Below are positions 10,209-20,008 of a DNA stretch of 64,000 bases, piece after piece. The stretch lies in assembly GCA_041664165.1 (NCBI GenBank), contig JBAYLH010000002.1, forward strand, positions 9,665 through 73,664. Direction: 5' to 3'. The notes beneath the pieces are model-generated. The model did no database searches. It saw only the letters and a program-made list of their open reading frames with translations, and was not told the DNA's origin. Within the stretch, counting starts at the first letter, position 1. Each line of letters opens with the position of its first letter. The DNA comes from Candidatus Buchananbacteria bacterium (GTDB lineage Bacteria > Patescibacteriota > Patescibacteriia > Buchananbacterales > UBA6539). The position numbers and the translations under genes were made by a program.

Positions 10209-10463
10209 AAGTCTTGCCATTAAACTTGATGACTCTCGGTTGGGACTGGGGTAGCTTTATTCGTCGTTCATGGCTATAACGCAATTAATTTTGCGTTTTT
10301 TTCATAATTATTAATTTGATGGCAACCCGACTCAGTCGGCTTAAACGTAAAGTCGGGCGACCAATTTATTGCTCCCAGACCCTGGTTGCGCATAAGTTGA
10401 CCAAAGCCCATAATTTTAGTAAAATAGTGGTATGGTTTTTTAGCCAAAGTAACTATTTTTAAT

Positions 10464-11942
10464 ATGTCAGACCTCAATGACGAGTACAAAAGCCGCTTAG
10501 CCAAACTCGAAAAAATCAAAGCGGCCAAGATTATTCCTTACGCTGAAAAATTTGAAAAAACTCAGTCAGTCGCTGAGATTTTAAAGTTAGGGCTGGGGGC
10601 AAAAGTTAAAACCGCCGGCCGGCTTTTAACTTTACGCGAGATGGGAAAAATTTGTTTTTGCCATTTACTTGACGGTTCCGGCAAAATCCAGCTGGTTTTC
10701 AAACAGGATTTATTGGGTAATGATTTATTTAAGTCATTTGCCAAGCTGTTTGATCCGGCTGATTTCATCGGCGTGGAAGGGGAGCTGTTTAAAACGCAAA
10801 AAGGGGAATTGTCGATTTTAGTCAGCCGGTACGTGATGCTGAGCAAATCGTTGCGGCCGCTGCCGGAAAAATGGCACGGACTCAAAGACCAGGAATTAAA
10901 ATACCGCCAGCGTTATCTGGACTTAATTTCCAATCCTGAAACTTACCAGCGCTTTTTATTCCGCAGCGAATTTATCAAGGCTTTGCGGGAGTTTTATTGG
11001 CAGCAAGGTTTTATCGAAGTGGAAACCCCGATTTTGACCAATACCGCTTCAGGCGCGATTGCCAAACCGTTCAAGACGCATTACAACGCTTTGGATTTGG
11101 ACGTTTACTTGAGAATTGCGCCGGAGACTTATTTGAAGGAATGCCTAGTCGGCGGCTTTGAAAAAGTTTTTGAAATCGGCCGGTGTTTCCGCAACGAAGG
11201 CATGGATCCGTCGCACCTTCAGGATTTTACCATGGCGGAGCATTACGCCGCCTACTGGAATTATGCCGACAATATGAAATTTACCGAAAAGATGCTTTGC
11301 CATTTATTGAAAAAACTTTTGGGCAGTTTGCAGGTTGAAATCAAAAATCGCAGCGGTCAGCCAGTAAAAATTGATTTTACCCCGCCTTATCCGGTTATTA
11401 ATTTTAACGAACTGATAAAAAAATCTTGCGGCATTGACGTTGATAAATTTGACACGGTTGACAAGCTGAAAAAAGAAATTGTCGCCAAAAAAATAGTTAT
11501 CGAAGATATTAATAAATTACAGCTCGGCAATTTAATCGATAATTTGTTCAAAGCCGTCTGCCGCGATAAAATTATCCAGCCGACTTTTATAATTAATCAT
11601 CCGCTCGAGCTTTCGCCTTTGGCGCGGCGTAATGACAAAAATCCAGCCGTGGTTGACCGCTTTCAGCTGGTGATTAATAGCTGGGAAATTGTCAATGCTT
11701 ATTCGGAATTAATTGATCCGATTGACCAAGCTCAGCGCTTTACCCAGCAGGCCAAAGCTAAAGATTTAGGCGACGCTGAAGCCCACGGCAAAGACGATGA
11801 TTATGTTAAAGCCTTGGAACACGGCGCGCCGCCGGTTTCCGGCTTGGGTCTGGGTATCGATCGGATTATTACTTTGTTAACTCAACAAGATAATTTAAGG
11901 GACGTGGTTTTGTTTCCCTTGCTGCGTCCGGATAAAAAATAA
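10464..11942 (+). CDS. lysS: Lysine--tRNA ligase (class II)
   Basis: YRQRYLDL, EVETP, FRNEGMD, GLGIDR, LRDVVLFP. Confidence 0.97.
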   Translation: MSDLNDEYKSRLAKLEKIKAAKIIPYAEKFEKTQSVAEILKLGLGAKVKTAGRLLTLREMGKICFCHLLDGSGKIQLVFKQDLLGNDLFKSFAKLFDPADFIGVEGELFKTQKGELSILVSRYVMLSKSLRPLPEKWHGLKDQELKYRQRYLDLISNPETYQRFLFRSEFIKALREFYWQQGFIEVETPILTNTASGAIAKPFKTHYNALDLDVYLRIAPETYLKECLVGGFEKVFEIGRCFRNEGMDPSHLQDFTMAEHYAAYWNYADNMKFTEKMLCHLLKKLLGSLQVEIKNRSGQPVKIDFTPPYPVINFNELIKKSCGIDVDKFDTVDKLKKEIVAKKIVIEDINKLQLGNLIDNLFKAVCRDKIIQPTFIINHPLELSPLARRNDKNPAVVDRFQLVINSWEIVNAYSELIDPIDQAQRFTQQAKAKDLGDAEAHGKDDDYVKALEHGAPPVSGLGLGIDRIITLLTQQDNLRDVVLFPLLRPDKK

Positions 11943-11947
11943 AAACT

Positions 11948-12403
11948 ATGATGCTAACAACGGGTCAAATTATTTTTCGTTTACTTTTGTCTGCCGTCCT
12001 AACCGGTTTAATCGGTTTGGAGCGGGAATACCGCCATAAGCCGGCCGGTTTGCGGACTAATATTTTAGTCGGGGTCGGTTCAACTTTGGTGATGCTGATG
12101 TCAATTTACGTCGCTAGTTTAGATAACGGCGATCCGACCAGAATTGCGGCCGGGGTTTTGACCGGCATCGGTTTTTTGGGTGCCGGCGTGATTATCCGGG
12201 GCCAGGGTCAGAAAGAAGACGAAGAGATGGTTCACGGCATTACCACGGCCGCGACCATTTGGGTGATTTCCGCGATTGGCTTGGCGATTGGTTTGGGTTT
12301 TTATTTTGCCGCGATTTTTACGACCCTGATTTCTTTGTCAGTTCTATACGGTTTAAATAGCGACCGGATCAGGGATAAAATGGAAACGAAAAAAAATAAT
12401 TAA
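11948..12403 (+). CDS. MgtC/SapB family membrane protein
   Basis: IGLERE, AGLRT, DPTRIAAGVLTGIGFLGAG, GITTAATIW. Confidence 0.93.
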   Translation: MMLTTGQIIFRLLLSAVLTGLIGLEREYRHKPAGLRTNILVGVGSTLVMLMSIYVASLDNGDPTRIAAGVLTGIGFLGAGVIIRGQGQKEDEEMVHGITTAATIWVISAIGLAIGLGFYFAAIFTTLISLSVLYGLNSDRIRDKMETKKNN

Positions 12404-12410
12404 TGATGAT

Positions 12411-12974
12411 ATGAAACATGATAAAGCCCTGGAACTTTTGCAGCAGCACGTGAAAAATCAGGCGAATTTGAATCACAGCCGCGAGGCCGAAGTCATTATG
12501 GCGGCTTTGGCGCGCCATTTCGGCGAAGCGGAGGAATACTGGGGAAATTTGGGGCTACTGCATGATATTGACTGGGAATACGGCGAAAGCACTCATTGCC
12601 ATAAATGCCGGGAAATTTTACAAAAATCCGGGTTTGATGATGATTTCATTGAAACAATAGTTTCTCACGGCTATGGTTTTGCGGCTTTGGGCGACTTGGC
12701 CGATAAAGCCAGGGAAAGTAAAATCCAGCATTTATTGGCGGCGGCGGAAACGATTACCGGTTTGATTTATGCCACCGCTTTGGTTCGGCCGGATAAAAAA
12801 TTAGCCGCCGTCGAAGTCAGCTCGGTTAAAAAGAAAATGAAGGATAAATCTTTTGCCGCCAATGTTAATCGGGAAATAATTAAGGAATGCGAGCTGGCCG
12901 GAATCGGTTTGGACGATTTTATCGAATTAAGCTTGAAAGCCGTCAAAGAAATCGCCGCCGAGGTTGGGATTTAG
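12411..12974 (+). CDS. HDIG/HD-domain hydrolase
   Basis: HS..E..M, GLLHDIDWE, ALVRPDK, KKKMKDKSFAA. Confidence 0.85.
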   Translation: MKHDKALELLQQHVKNQANLNHSREAEVIMAALARHFGEAEEYWGNLGLLHDIDWEYGESTHCHKCREILQKSGFDDDFIETIVSHGYGFAALGDLADKARESKIQHLLAAAETITGLIYATALVRPDKKLAAVEVSSVKKKMKDKSFAANVNREIIKECELAGIGLDDFIELSLKAVKEIAAEVGI

Positions 12975-12979
12975 CGAAT

Positions 12980-13396
12980 ATGAAAAAAGTCATGGTTTTT
13001 GGTACTTTCGACGGTTTGCACGCTGGGCATTTAAATTTTTTTCAGCAGGCCAAAACTCAAGGTGATTATTTAATAATTATTGTTGCCCGCAATAGCAATG
13101 TTAAGAAAATTAAAGGCCATTTGCCGAAATTGGATGAGAAAAAAAGGCTAGTTAACGTCAAGGCGGCGGGAATAGGGGATAAAGTCATTTTAGGCGAAAT
13201 TAAAAATCCTTACGCCGTGATTAAAAAATTTAAGCCGGAAATTATTTGTCTCGGCTATGACCAGAATAGCTTTTGCCAAAATTTGAAGAGTAGTTTTTCA
13301 AAAGTTAAAGTTACCAGGTTGAAATCTTATAAACCGACTATCTACAAATCATCAAAAATGAATCAGGAATTAAGAATTATGAATCATGGTCGCTGA
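12980..13396 (+). CDS. Cytidylyltransferase family (FAD synthase RibL-like)
   Basis: GTFDGLHAGH (HxGH), ICLGYDQ, KSSK; ATG at 12980. Confidence 0.85.
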   Translation: MKKVMVFGTFDGLHAGHLNFFQQAKTQGDYLIIIVARNSNVKKIKGHLPKLDEKKRLVNVKAAGIGDKVILGEIKNPYAVIKKFKPEIICLGYDQNSFCQNLKSSFSKVKVTRLKSYKPTIYKSSKMNQELRIMNHGR

Positions 13397-13444
13397 AATC
13401 AAGCTGCCTAATAACCTAAAACCTAACTTCCTAATTTCTAAAGT

Positions 13445-14692
13445 ATGTTAGACATCAATAAAATTAGAACCGAAAAAGAAGCCGTCAAAATGGCGCTGGC
13501 CAAAAGAATGGCCGTTGATACCATTGATTTTGAGGCGATTTTAAAACTCGACGATGAAAGAAAAAAACTACTGCAGCAGGTGGAAAATTTGAAAGCGGAA
13601 CGGAACAAATATTCCAAGACCAAACCCGACCCGGAAATTATCAGTCAAATGAAAGCGACCGGCGAAGAAATCAAAAAACTTGATGAAGAAGTCAAAACAG
13701 TTGAAAATGAGCTTAACCAAAAATTGGCCGAGCTGCCTAATCTGCCGGCCGATGACGTCGTTTCCGGCGGCAAAGAAAATAATCAGGTGATTAAGACTTT
13801 CGGTAAAAAACCGGAATTCAAATTTGAGCCCAAAGATCATGTCCAGTTGGCGACCGAACTCGGCTTGATTGATTACGAGCGGGGAGTCAAAATTGCCGGC
13901 AACGGTTTTTGGGTTTATAAAGGAGCCGGGGCATTGCTTGAATGGGCATTATTAAGTTATTTTATCGATTTTCACCAAAAAAATAATTATGTTTTTATGA
14001 TCCCGCCGTTTTTGCTGACGGAACAGTCCGCTTATACTTCCGGCCATTTGCTGAAATTCCGCGATGATTTGTTTTGGACGCAGGATAAGCTTTGTTTAAA
14101 TGCCACTTCCGAAATGATGCTGGGCAATTATCATCGCGATGAAATTTTAACGGCAGCGGAATTGCCGCTTAAATATTGCGCTTACTCGGCTTGTTTCCGC
14201 CGGGAAGCCGGCAGCTACCGCAAAGAAGAGCGGGGGATGATTCGGGGGCATCAATTCAATAAAATTGAAATGTTTCATTATACCAAGCCGGATCAGTCTT
14301 GGAATTCGTTTAAAGAGCTAGTGGCTAACGCCGAAAAATTAGTCGAGGGTTTGGGTTTGCACTATCAATCAGTCCAGCTGGCCGCCGGCGATGCTTCGGC
14401 CGCGATGGCTAAAACGATTGACATTGAAGTTTGGATTCCCAGTATGGGAATTTATAAGGAAGTCAGCAGTGTTTCCAATGCCTTAGATTACCAAGCCCGG
14501 CGCGGCAATGTCCGTTTTAAAAGCCAGGCCGGCGGTAAAAATGAATTTGTCCATACGCTGAATGCTTCGGGTTTGGCCACGAGCCGGCTGTTACCGGCAA
14601 TTTTGGAACAGTTTCAGGATAAAGCGGGCAATGTTAAAATTCCAAAAGTGTTGAAAAAATATTGCGGATTTGATGTAATAAAGAGCAAGTAG
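13445..14692 (+). CDS. serS: Serine--tRNA ligase
   Basis: MLDI start, coiled-coil arm, FRREAG, EVSSVSN..DYQARR, HTLNASGLA. Confidence 0.96.
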   Translation: MLDINKIRTEKEAVKMALAKRMAVDTIDFEAILKLDDERKKLLQQVENLKAERNKYSKTKPDPEIISQMKATGEEIKKLDEEVKTVENELNQKLAELPNLPADDVVSGGKENNQVIKTFGKKPEFKFEPKDHVQLATELGLIDYERGVKIAGNGFWVYKGAGALLEWALLSYFIDFHQKNNYVFMIPPFLLTEQSAYTSGHLLKFRDDLFWTQDKLCLNATSEMMLGNYHRDEILTAAELPLKYCAYSACFRREAGSYRKEERGMIRGHQFNKIEMFHYTKPDQSWNSFKELVANAEKLVEGLGLHYQSVQLAAGDASAAMAKTIDIEVWIPSMGIYKEVSSVSNALDYQARRGNVRFKSQAGGKNEFVHTLNASGLATSRLLPAILEQFQDKAGNVKIPKVLKKYCGFDVIKSK

Positions 14693-14768
14693 AAAGGTAA
14701 AGCTGAGAGTCCATAATTGTGTCCCGCAGCTGCAAAAATTAATTAAACTAATTTATAACTTTGAAAAT

Positions 14769-15902
14769 ATGAAAAGAATAATTTCAATTTTTACTTTAGC
14801 TATTGCAGTTAGCGCGATTATTGTTTTGAGTGCCGCTGAAACAAATGCCGCGACAAAATACGCGGATGGTGTGTTTATCAGGGCTGCTAGCGGAAAAATT
14901 TATTTAATTAAAGAGCAGAAGAAATTTTATATCAGTTCGCCGGCAGAGCTAGGGTTGTATGGCAAGATCAAATTGTACAATGTAAGTGACGGAGTAATTG
15001 ATAGCTTCGCCAACTATACAAGTTCGATAGTCGGTAATAATGCCAGATCATTTTTGAAAAGTCCAGATGGCAAAATTTATTTAGTTGAGAATCAAAAAAA
15101 GCGTCACATTACCACGCTGACAGAATTAAAATCATTTGGGTTTATTAAGCTTGTCAACGCAACTTATGAAACAATAAACGCTTATCCTGATCTGACGCAA
15201 TCGGATTATACAGACGGATCCCTGCTAAGACTTGATAGTGGAAAAATTTATCTATTAGATAATGGAAATGTTCGATATATTAGTTCCATTGCTGAATTGA
15301 AACAATTAGGGCTAAAAAAAATGTATAATGTCACGTTAGATGTCTTGAATAAATATCAAGTTAGTGTTTGCGATTCCGCCACTCACCGCGAAGGTAATGT
15401 CTGTGTTGCTGATTCTAAGCCGTGTTCAGTAGGTAATGGAGCCGGTTATCAAAATTGGAGCTCAGATGGGTGGTCTAATTGCGTGGCGAGTACTTGCAAC
15501 AGCGGATATCAGGTAAAAGACGGTTTGTGTGCCGCTAGTACATGTGATTCCGATAAGCATTTAGAAAATGGAATATGTAAGGATAATTATGAGGTCTGCA
15601 TAATTAGCAATGGAACAGGACATCGGATTTGGGATTTCATAAATTGGACCGGTTGCGAAGTTGATAGTTGCAATAGCGGCTATTATGAAAAAAATTTCTC
15701 ATGTGTTCCCAATGTATGCAGTTCAGATCAACATTTAGAAAACGGAGTCTGCGTAATTGATGTTACTCCCTGTACTGTCGCGAATGGATACGGTGTTAAA
15801 TCTTGGAGTGATACCGCTAATCAATGGAGTAGCTGTAATGCTTCTAGCTGTTTTAGCGGGTATAACCAGGTTCAGCAAAACGGCGTTTGGGTTTGTAGGT
15901 AA
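14769..15902 (+). CDS. Secreted protein with N-terminal DG..GKIYL repeats and C-terminal Cys-rich repeats
   Basis: Signal peptide; 3x GKIYL repeats; 3x ~58-aa Cys repeats. Confidence 0.75.
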   Translation: MKRIISIFTLAIAVSAIIVLSAAETNAATKYADGVFIRAASGKIYLIKEQKKFYISSPAELGLYGKIKLYNVSDGVIDSFANYTSSIVGNNARSFLKSPDGKIYLVENQKKRHITTLTELKSFGFIKLVNATYETINAYPDLTQSDYTDGSLLRLDSGKIYLLDNGNVRYISSIAELKQLGLKKMYNVTLDVLNKYQVSVCDSATHREGNVCVADSKPCSVGNGAGYQNWSSDGWSNCVASTCNSGYQVKDGLCAASTCDSDKHLENGICKDNYEVCIISNGTGHRIWDFINWTGCEVDSCNSGYYEKNFSCVPNVCSSDQHLENGVCVIDVTPCTVANGYGVKSWSDTANQWSSCNASSCFSGYNQVQQNGVWVCR

Positions 15903-15922
15903 AAAAGCTTAATTAAGTTTAA

Positions 15923-17038
15923 ATGTATAATTCCTGGCTAGAAATATCCAAATCAGCGATTTTGCATAACTTAGCCCAATATCAGCGGATTGTCGGTAAA
16001 ACTGTTGAGATTATGCCGATTGTCAAAAGCAACGCCTATGGCCATGGTCTAGTTGAAGTAGCCAAAATTGTCAGTCCGAAAGTAAAATGGCTTGGTGTTG
16101 TCAGCCTGGGCGAAGCCTTAAATTTGCGGCAAAATGGCATTAAAAATAAGATTTTTGTTTTAAGTTACGCTCAAAGCCGCTATTTAGAACCAGGGATAAA
16201 ACAGAATATCGAACTGCCGGTTTATGATTTGGCTTATGCAAAATTAATATCGCAAAAGGCAGCGAGGCTGAGAAAAACTGCCTTGATTCACGTTAAAATT
16301 GATACGGGAGCTTCAAGAGTCGGAGTTTTAGCCGCTGACGCAATAGAGTTTATTCTAGAATTGGCTAAATTGCCGAATTTAAAAATTAACGGCATCTACA
16401 GCCATTTTGCCGCGGCCGAAGAAAATCAAAAATATTCAAAGTTTCAGTTGGACAAGTTTAATAAGATATTAGCAGAATTGAGTCGGTTTAAAATTTGCAT
16501 TCCTTATCGGCATTTTGTTTGTAGTGCGGCGACTTTAACTGAAGACAAAGCTTATTTTAATCTAATTCGTTTAGGTTTAGGTCTTTATGGCTTATGGCCT
16601 TCAAAGCAGACCCAAAAAATCGCTCAAAAAAAGTATCCTTGGTTAAAATTAATTCCGGCGCTGGCTTGGAAAACCAAAGTAATTCAGGTTAAGGAAGTTC
16701 CGGCTGGCACTTACGTGGGATATGGTTGTACCTTTAAGACTAAAAAGAAAACTAAATTAGCCGTTTTAGCGGTTGGCTATTGGGAAGGCTATGACCGGCA
16801 TTTGTCTAATATTGGCGAAGTGATAATTAAAAATAAAAAATGCCCGGTTATCGGGCGAGTCTGTATGAACTTGACGATGGTTGATGTTAGTTTAGTTAAA
16901 GATGTCAAAGCCGACGATGAGGTAACGCTTTTAGGTGGGGGAGTAACAGCTGACGAATTGGCAGATAAAATTGGCACAATTAATTACGAAGTCGTGACCA
17001 GGGTTAATCCGCTTTTACCGAGATTTTATCTAAAATAA
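15923..17038 (+). CDS. alr: Alanine racemase
   Basis: VKSNAYGHG, HVKIDTG, IGRVCM, GTINYE. Confidence 0.97.
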   Translation: MYNSWLEISKSAILHNLAQYQRIVGKTVEIMPIVKSNAYGHGLVEVAKIVSPKVKWLGVVSLGEALNLRQNGIKNKIFVLSYAQSRYLEPGIKQNIELPVYDLAYAKLISQKAARLRKTALIHVKIDTGASRVGVLAADAIEFILELAKLPNLKINGIYSHFAAAEENQKYSKFQLDKFNKILAELSRFKICIPYRHFVCSAATLTEDKAYFNLIRLGLGLYGLWPSKQTQKIAQKKYPWLKLIPALAWKTKVIQVKEVPAGTYVGYGCTFKTKKKTKLAVLAVGYWEGYDRHLSNIGEVIIKNKKCPVIGRVCMNLTMVDVSLVKDVKADDEVTLLGGGVTADELADKIGTINYEVVTRVNPLLPRFYLK

Positions 17039-17041
17039 TAT

Positions 17042-18187
17042 ATGGCGAAAAAGAAACTAAAAATTGGCGTAATTTTCGGCGGCCGGTCGGGCGAGCACGA
17101 AGTTTCAATCGTTTCGGCTCAGTCAGTGATTAAGGCTTTGGATAAGGCTAAATACGAAGTTATCCCGATCGGCATTACCAAGGAAGGCAGCTGGGTAGCC
17201 GGATCCGAAGCCGTAAAGTTTCTCAAGGCCGGTATTGAAAAATTACCTTTTAAATCGGTCTTAATGCCGGATCCGACCGAAAAAGGTTTAATTTCGGTTA
17301 AAGAAAAAAAATTAGCGCCGGCAATTGGCGCCAAAAATATTGCCACTAAATTAGACGTGATTTTTCCGGTTTTGCATGGCACTTTTGGCGAAGACGGCAC
17401 GACTCAGGGTTTACTGGAGCTAGCCAATCTGCCGTATGTCGGAGCCGGTGTTTTAGGTTCGGCTTTGGGTATGGATAAAATTGTGCAAAAGCAGTTATTT
17501 GCTCAGGCCGGTTTAGGCATCGTTGATTACGATTGGTTTTCAAATAGCGAGTGGCGCTTTAACCAGCCAAAAATTTTAGCCCGGCTTAAAAAAAAGTTAA
17601 AATACCCGATGTTTACCAAGCCAGCTAATTCCGGGTCAAGCGTTGGGATTAACAAATGCCATGATCGCCGGGAATTAATTTTAGGAATTAAGGATGCGAT
17701 TTTGTATGACCGAAAAGTAATCGTTGAGCAGGGGATTGAAGACCTTTGCGAAATTGAAGTGGCAGTTTTAGGCAATGACAATCCAAAAGCTTCAGTTTGC
17801 GGCGAGATTGTCGCTTCCAACGAATTTTACGATTATGACGCTAAATACGTTGACGGCAAGTCAAAAGCGATAATTCCCGCCAGCTTGCCGGCCAAAGTGG
17901 CCAAACAAATTCAAGCCATTGCTGTTACCGCCTTTAAAACGCTGGATTTATCAGGCATGGCTCGGGTTGACTTTTTGGTCACCAAAAAACGCCACCGGAT
18001 TTATCTTAATGAAGTTAATACGATTCCCGGCTTTACCTCTTTTTCGATGTATCCCAAGCTTTGGCAGGCTTCGGGTTTGTCATATCAAGTTTTATTGGAT
18101 CGGCTGATTAATTTAGCGCTTCAACGGCACCGGGAGAAAAATAGTCTAGCCACGTCGTATCAGCCAAAACAAGATTGGTATAAATAA
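17042..18187 (+). CDS. ddl: D-alanine--D-alanine ligase
   Basis: GGRSGEHEVS, HGTFGEDG, GSSVG, YDYDAKY, NEVNTIPG. Confidence 0.97.
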   Translation: MAKKKLKIGVIFGGRSGEHEVSIVSAQSVIKALDKAKYEVIPIGITKEGSWVAGSEAVKFLKAGIEKLPFKSVLMPDPTEKGLISVKEKKLAPAIGAKNIATKLDVIFPVLHGTFGEDGTTQGLLELANLPYVGAGVLGSALGMDKIVQKQLFAQAGLGIVDYDWFSNSEWRFNQPKILARLKKKLKYPMFTKPANSGSSVGINKCHDRRELILGIKDAILYDRKVIVEQGIEDLCEIEVAVLGNDNPKASVCGEIVASNEFYDYDAKYVDGKSKAIIPASLPAKVAKQIQAIAVTAFKTLDLSGMARVDFLVTKKRHRIYLNEVNTIPGFTSFSMYPKLWQASGLSYQVLLDRLINLALQRHREKNSLATSYQPKQDWYK

Positions 18188-18190
18188 ATT

Positions 18191-19054
18191 ATGCGTCATA
18201 AAAGAGATTATCAAAGGAACAATTTTAAAAACCCTTTTTTCCCAAAAAATAAAAATCAGAAAAAAAAATTTGGTTTTAAATCCGTTTTTTTTCTTATTTT
18301 TATTGTCGTAATCCTGTTTGCGATTGCCAGTAATGTCAGCCGGCTGCAGATAAAAGAGATTAAGGTTTTTGGCAATGAATATATCAGTCAAGTCGAAATA
18401 AAAGGAGTCATCGCCACTCAGCTGGCCAAAAAACGCTTTTTCTTTTTCAGCCAAAATAATATTTTGTTTTTCAGCCGGCGCCAGGCCGCCAAAGAGCTTC
18501 AAAAAAAATATCTTTTTGAACAGCTCAAAATTAAAAAACAATATTTTGACACCATTGTCATTACGCTCAAAGAAAAAACTTCCGGCTTGATTTGGTTAAC
18601 CGGTAGCAGCCAGTATTACTTGGATTTAACCGGCAAAGTTATTAGAAAAATTGAAAATGACAATTTAGTCGTTGCCGCCGGCGCCGGGACAACTCAAGTC
18701 ATCCGCCAGCCAGCCAGCATTGGCAATTATCCGTTAGTTGCCGATGAAAGCAACCAGCCGATTGAACCCGGCCAGCAAGTGCTTAATCAGTCATTAGTTG
18801 ATTTCGTTATTAGTTTAAACCAGAAATTAAAAGATAATGCCGGTTTTGAAGTTTTGAGTTATGGCTTAGTCAGCTCAAGTGCCAAAGAGATTAAAATGAT
18901 AACTAGGCAAGGCTGGGAAGTTTATTTCAATACGACTGAAGCCGCCCAAAAACAAGCTGATCGGCTGTCTCTGGTTTTGAATGAAAAAGTTAAAGACCGA
19001 AGCAAACTCAAGTATATTGATTTGAGATACGGCGATAAAGTTTTTTTGAATTAG
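18191..19054 (+). CDS. ftsQ: Cell division protein FtsQ/DivIB
   Basis: N-terminal TM, POTRA-like IKEIKVFGN, C-terminal YIDLRY; follows ddl. Confidence 0.8.
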   Translation: MRHKRDYQRNNFKNPFFPKNKNQKKKFGFKSVFFLIFIVVILFAIASNVSRLQIKEIKVFGNEYISQVEIKGVIATQLAKKRFFFFSQNNILFFSRRQAAKELQKKYLFEQLKIKKQYFDTIVITLKEKTSGLIWLTGSSQYYLDLTGKVIRKIENDNLVVAAGAGTTQVIRQPASIGNYPLVADESNQPIEPGQQVLNQSLVDFVISLNQKLKDNAGFEVLSYGLVSSSAKEIKMITRQGWEVYFNTTEAAQKQADRLSLVLNEKVKDRSKLKYIDLRYGDKVFLN

Positions 19055-19591
19055 TTTTTTTGTTTTCAGCATCAAAACAAATATGATGCGTCGCAAAATA
19101 TTTAGAGTAGGCGATAGGGGCAGCTTAAAGTAGAGGAGAGCAAAATTTAATCTCAACCAGGGTTTGGTGAGATTAAGAAATAATATCAAGTGCCTCAAAA
19201 GGGCACTTTTTGCGATATTAGTGCTAGGTTCGGATTCTAATCAATTGGGTAAATTTATTTCAAAATTTGTCTATTTTGGTATGACGATATTCTACGGGAT
19301 AATTATTTGTAAATTTTAGTTTCAGTTAGCTTAATTTTTTTAATCCGCCAAGGTTGCTAAGGTCTAAATTAGGTAGTTTTATCAGCCAGTATGCCAAATT
19401 GGTCAACTTAGAGCTTTACTATAGCTTTAGTTAAATCATGGGTCCTATGTGTCGTTTAAGGTATATTGTGCGACTCTAGATTACTCAGTTTGTTAATACT
19501 ATTGTGCTATCCCCCTTGATTTGGTGAAGTTATGAATCCGGGATTTTTTTAGTGGTTATGTAATATATTTAATCAAAACTCGTCTTAATTA

Positions 19592-19620
19592 TTGACAGAA
19601 TTATTTTTAAATTATAAAAT
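19592..19620 (+). promoter_or_regulatory. Sigma70 promoter
   Basis: TTGACA-N17-TAAAAT. Confidence 0.7.
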
Positions 19621-19783
19621 ATTAAGCCGTCCTTTGAAATCGTTGTTAATTGCCCTTCCCTACCTGCCGGTATAACCTGTTTTACCTGCAGCTAAAGGAG
19701 GGCAATTTGCGAGAAATAACTTGCATGAGCCAGAATCGTCACCTGGTTTGTTAGCCTCTCCGCTAATTATTAAGCTCAAACGT

Positions 19784-19945
19784 ATGTTGAAGGCTTTGTC
19801 GGGAGCGCTAACTCTGGCGCTGACTCTAATTGTGCTTAAGTTATTTCTCCCCGAGGTTGCCGCCGGACTGATTGAATTGACTGTAAAAGTCATTCACGTG
19901 CTGAATGTTTCAGTCGATCAGGCTTCGGCCAACCTTCCCCAATAG
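19784..19945 (+). CDS. Small hydrophobic protein (53 aa)
   Basis: ATG 19784; MLKALSGALTLALTLIVLKLFLPE...; lies between a promoter and a terminator. Confidence 0.6.
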   Translation: MLKALSGALTLALTLIVLKLFLPEVAAGLIELTVKVIHVLNVSVDQASANLPQ

Positions 19946-19949
19946 CAAT

Positions 19950-19988
19950 AAAGGCTCGGCGGTTTTTTCCTCCGAGCCTTTTCTTTTT
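19950..19988. terminator. Intrinsic terminator between convergent genes
   Basis: AAAGGCTCGG...CCGAGCCTTT plus T-rich tail. Confidence 0.8.
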
Positions 19989-20008
19989 ATCTATAGTTAT
20001 GAAGAATT

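Noticed and set aside
8568-14717. Shared 12-mer GAGTCCATAATT near 8568 and 14706
   Set aside because: Too short, with unrelated flanks; plausible by chance in 64 kb.
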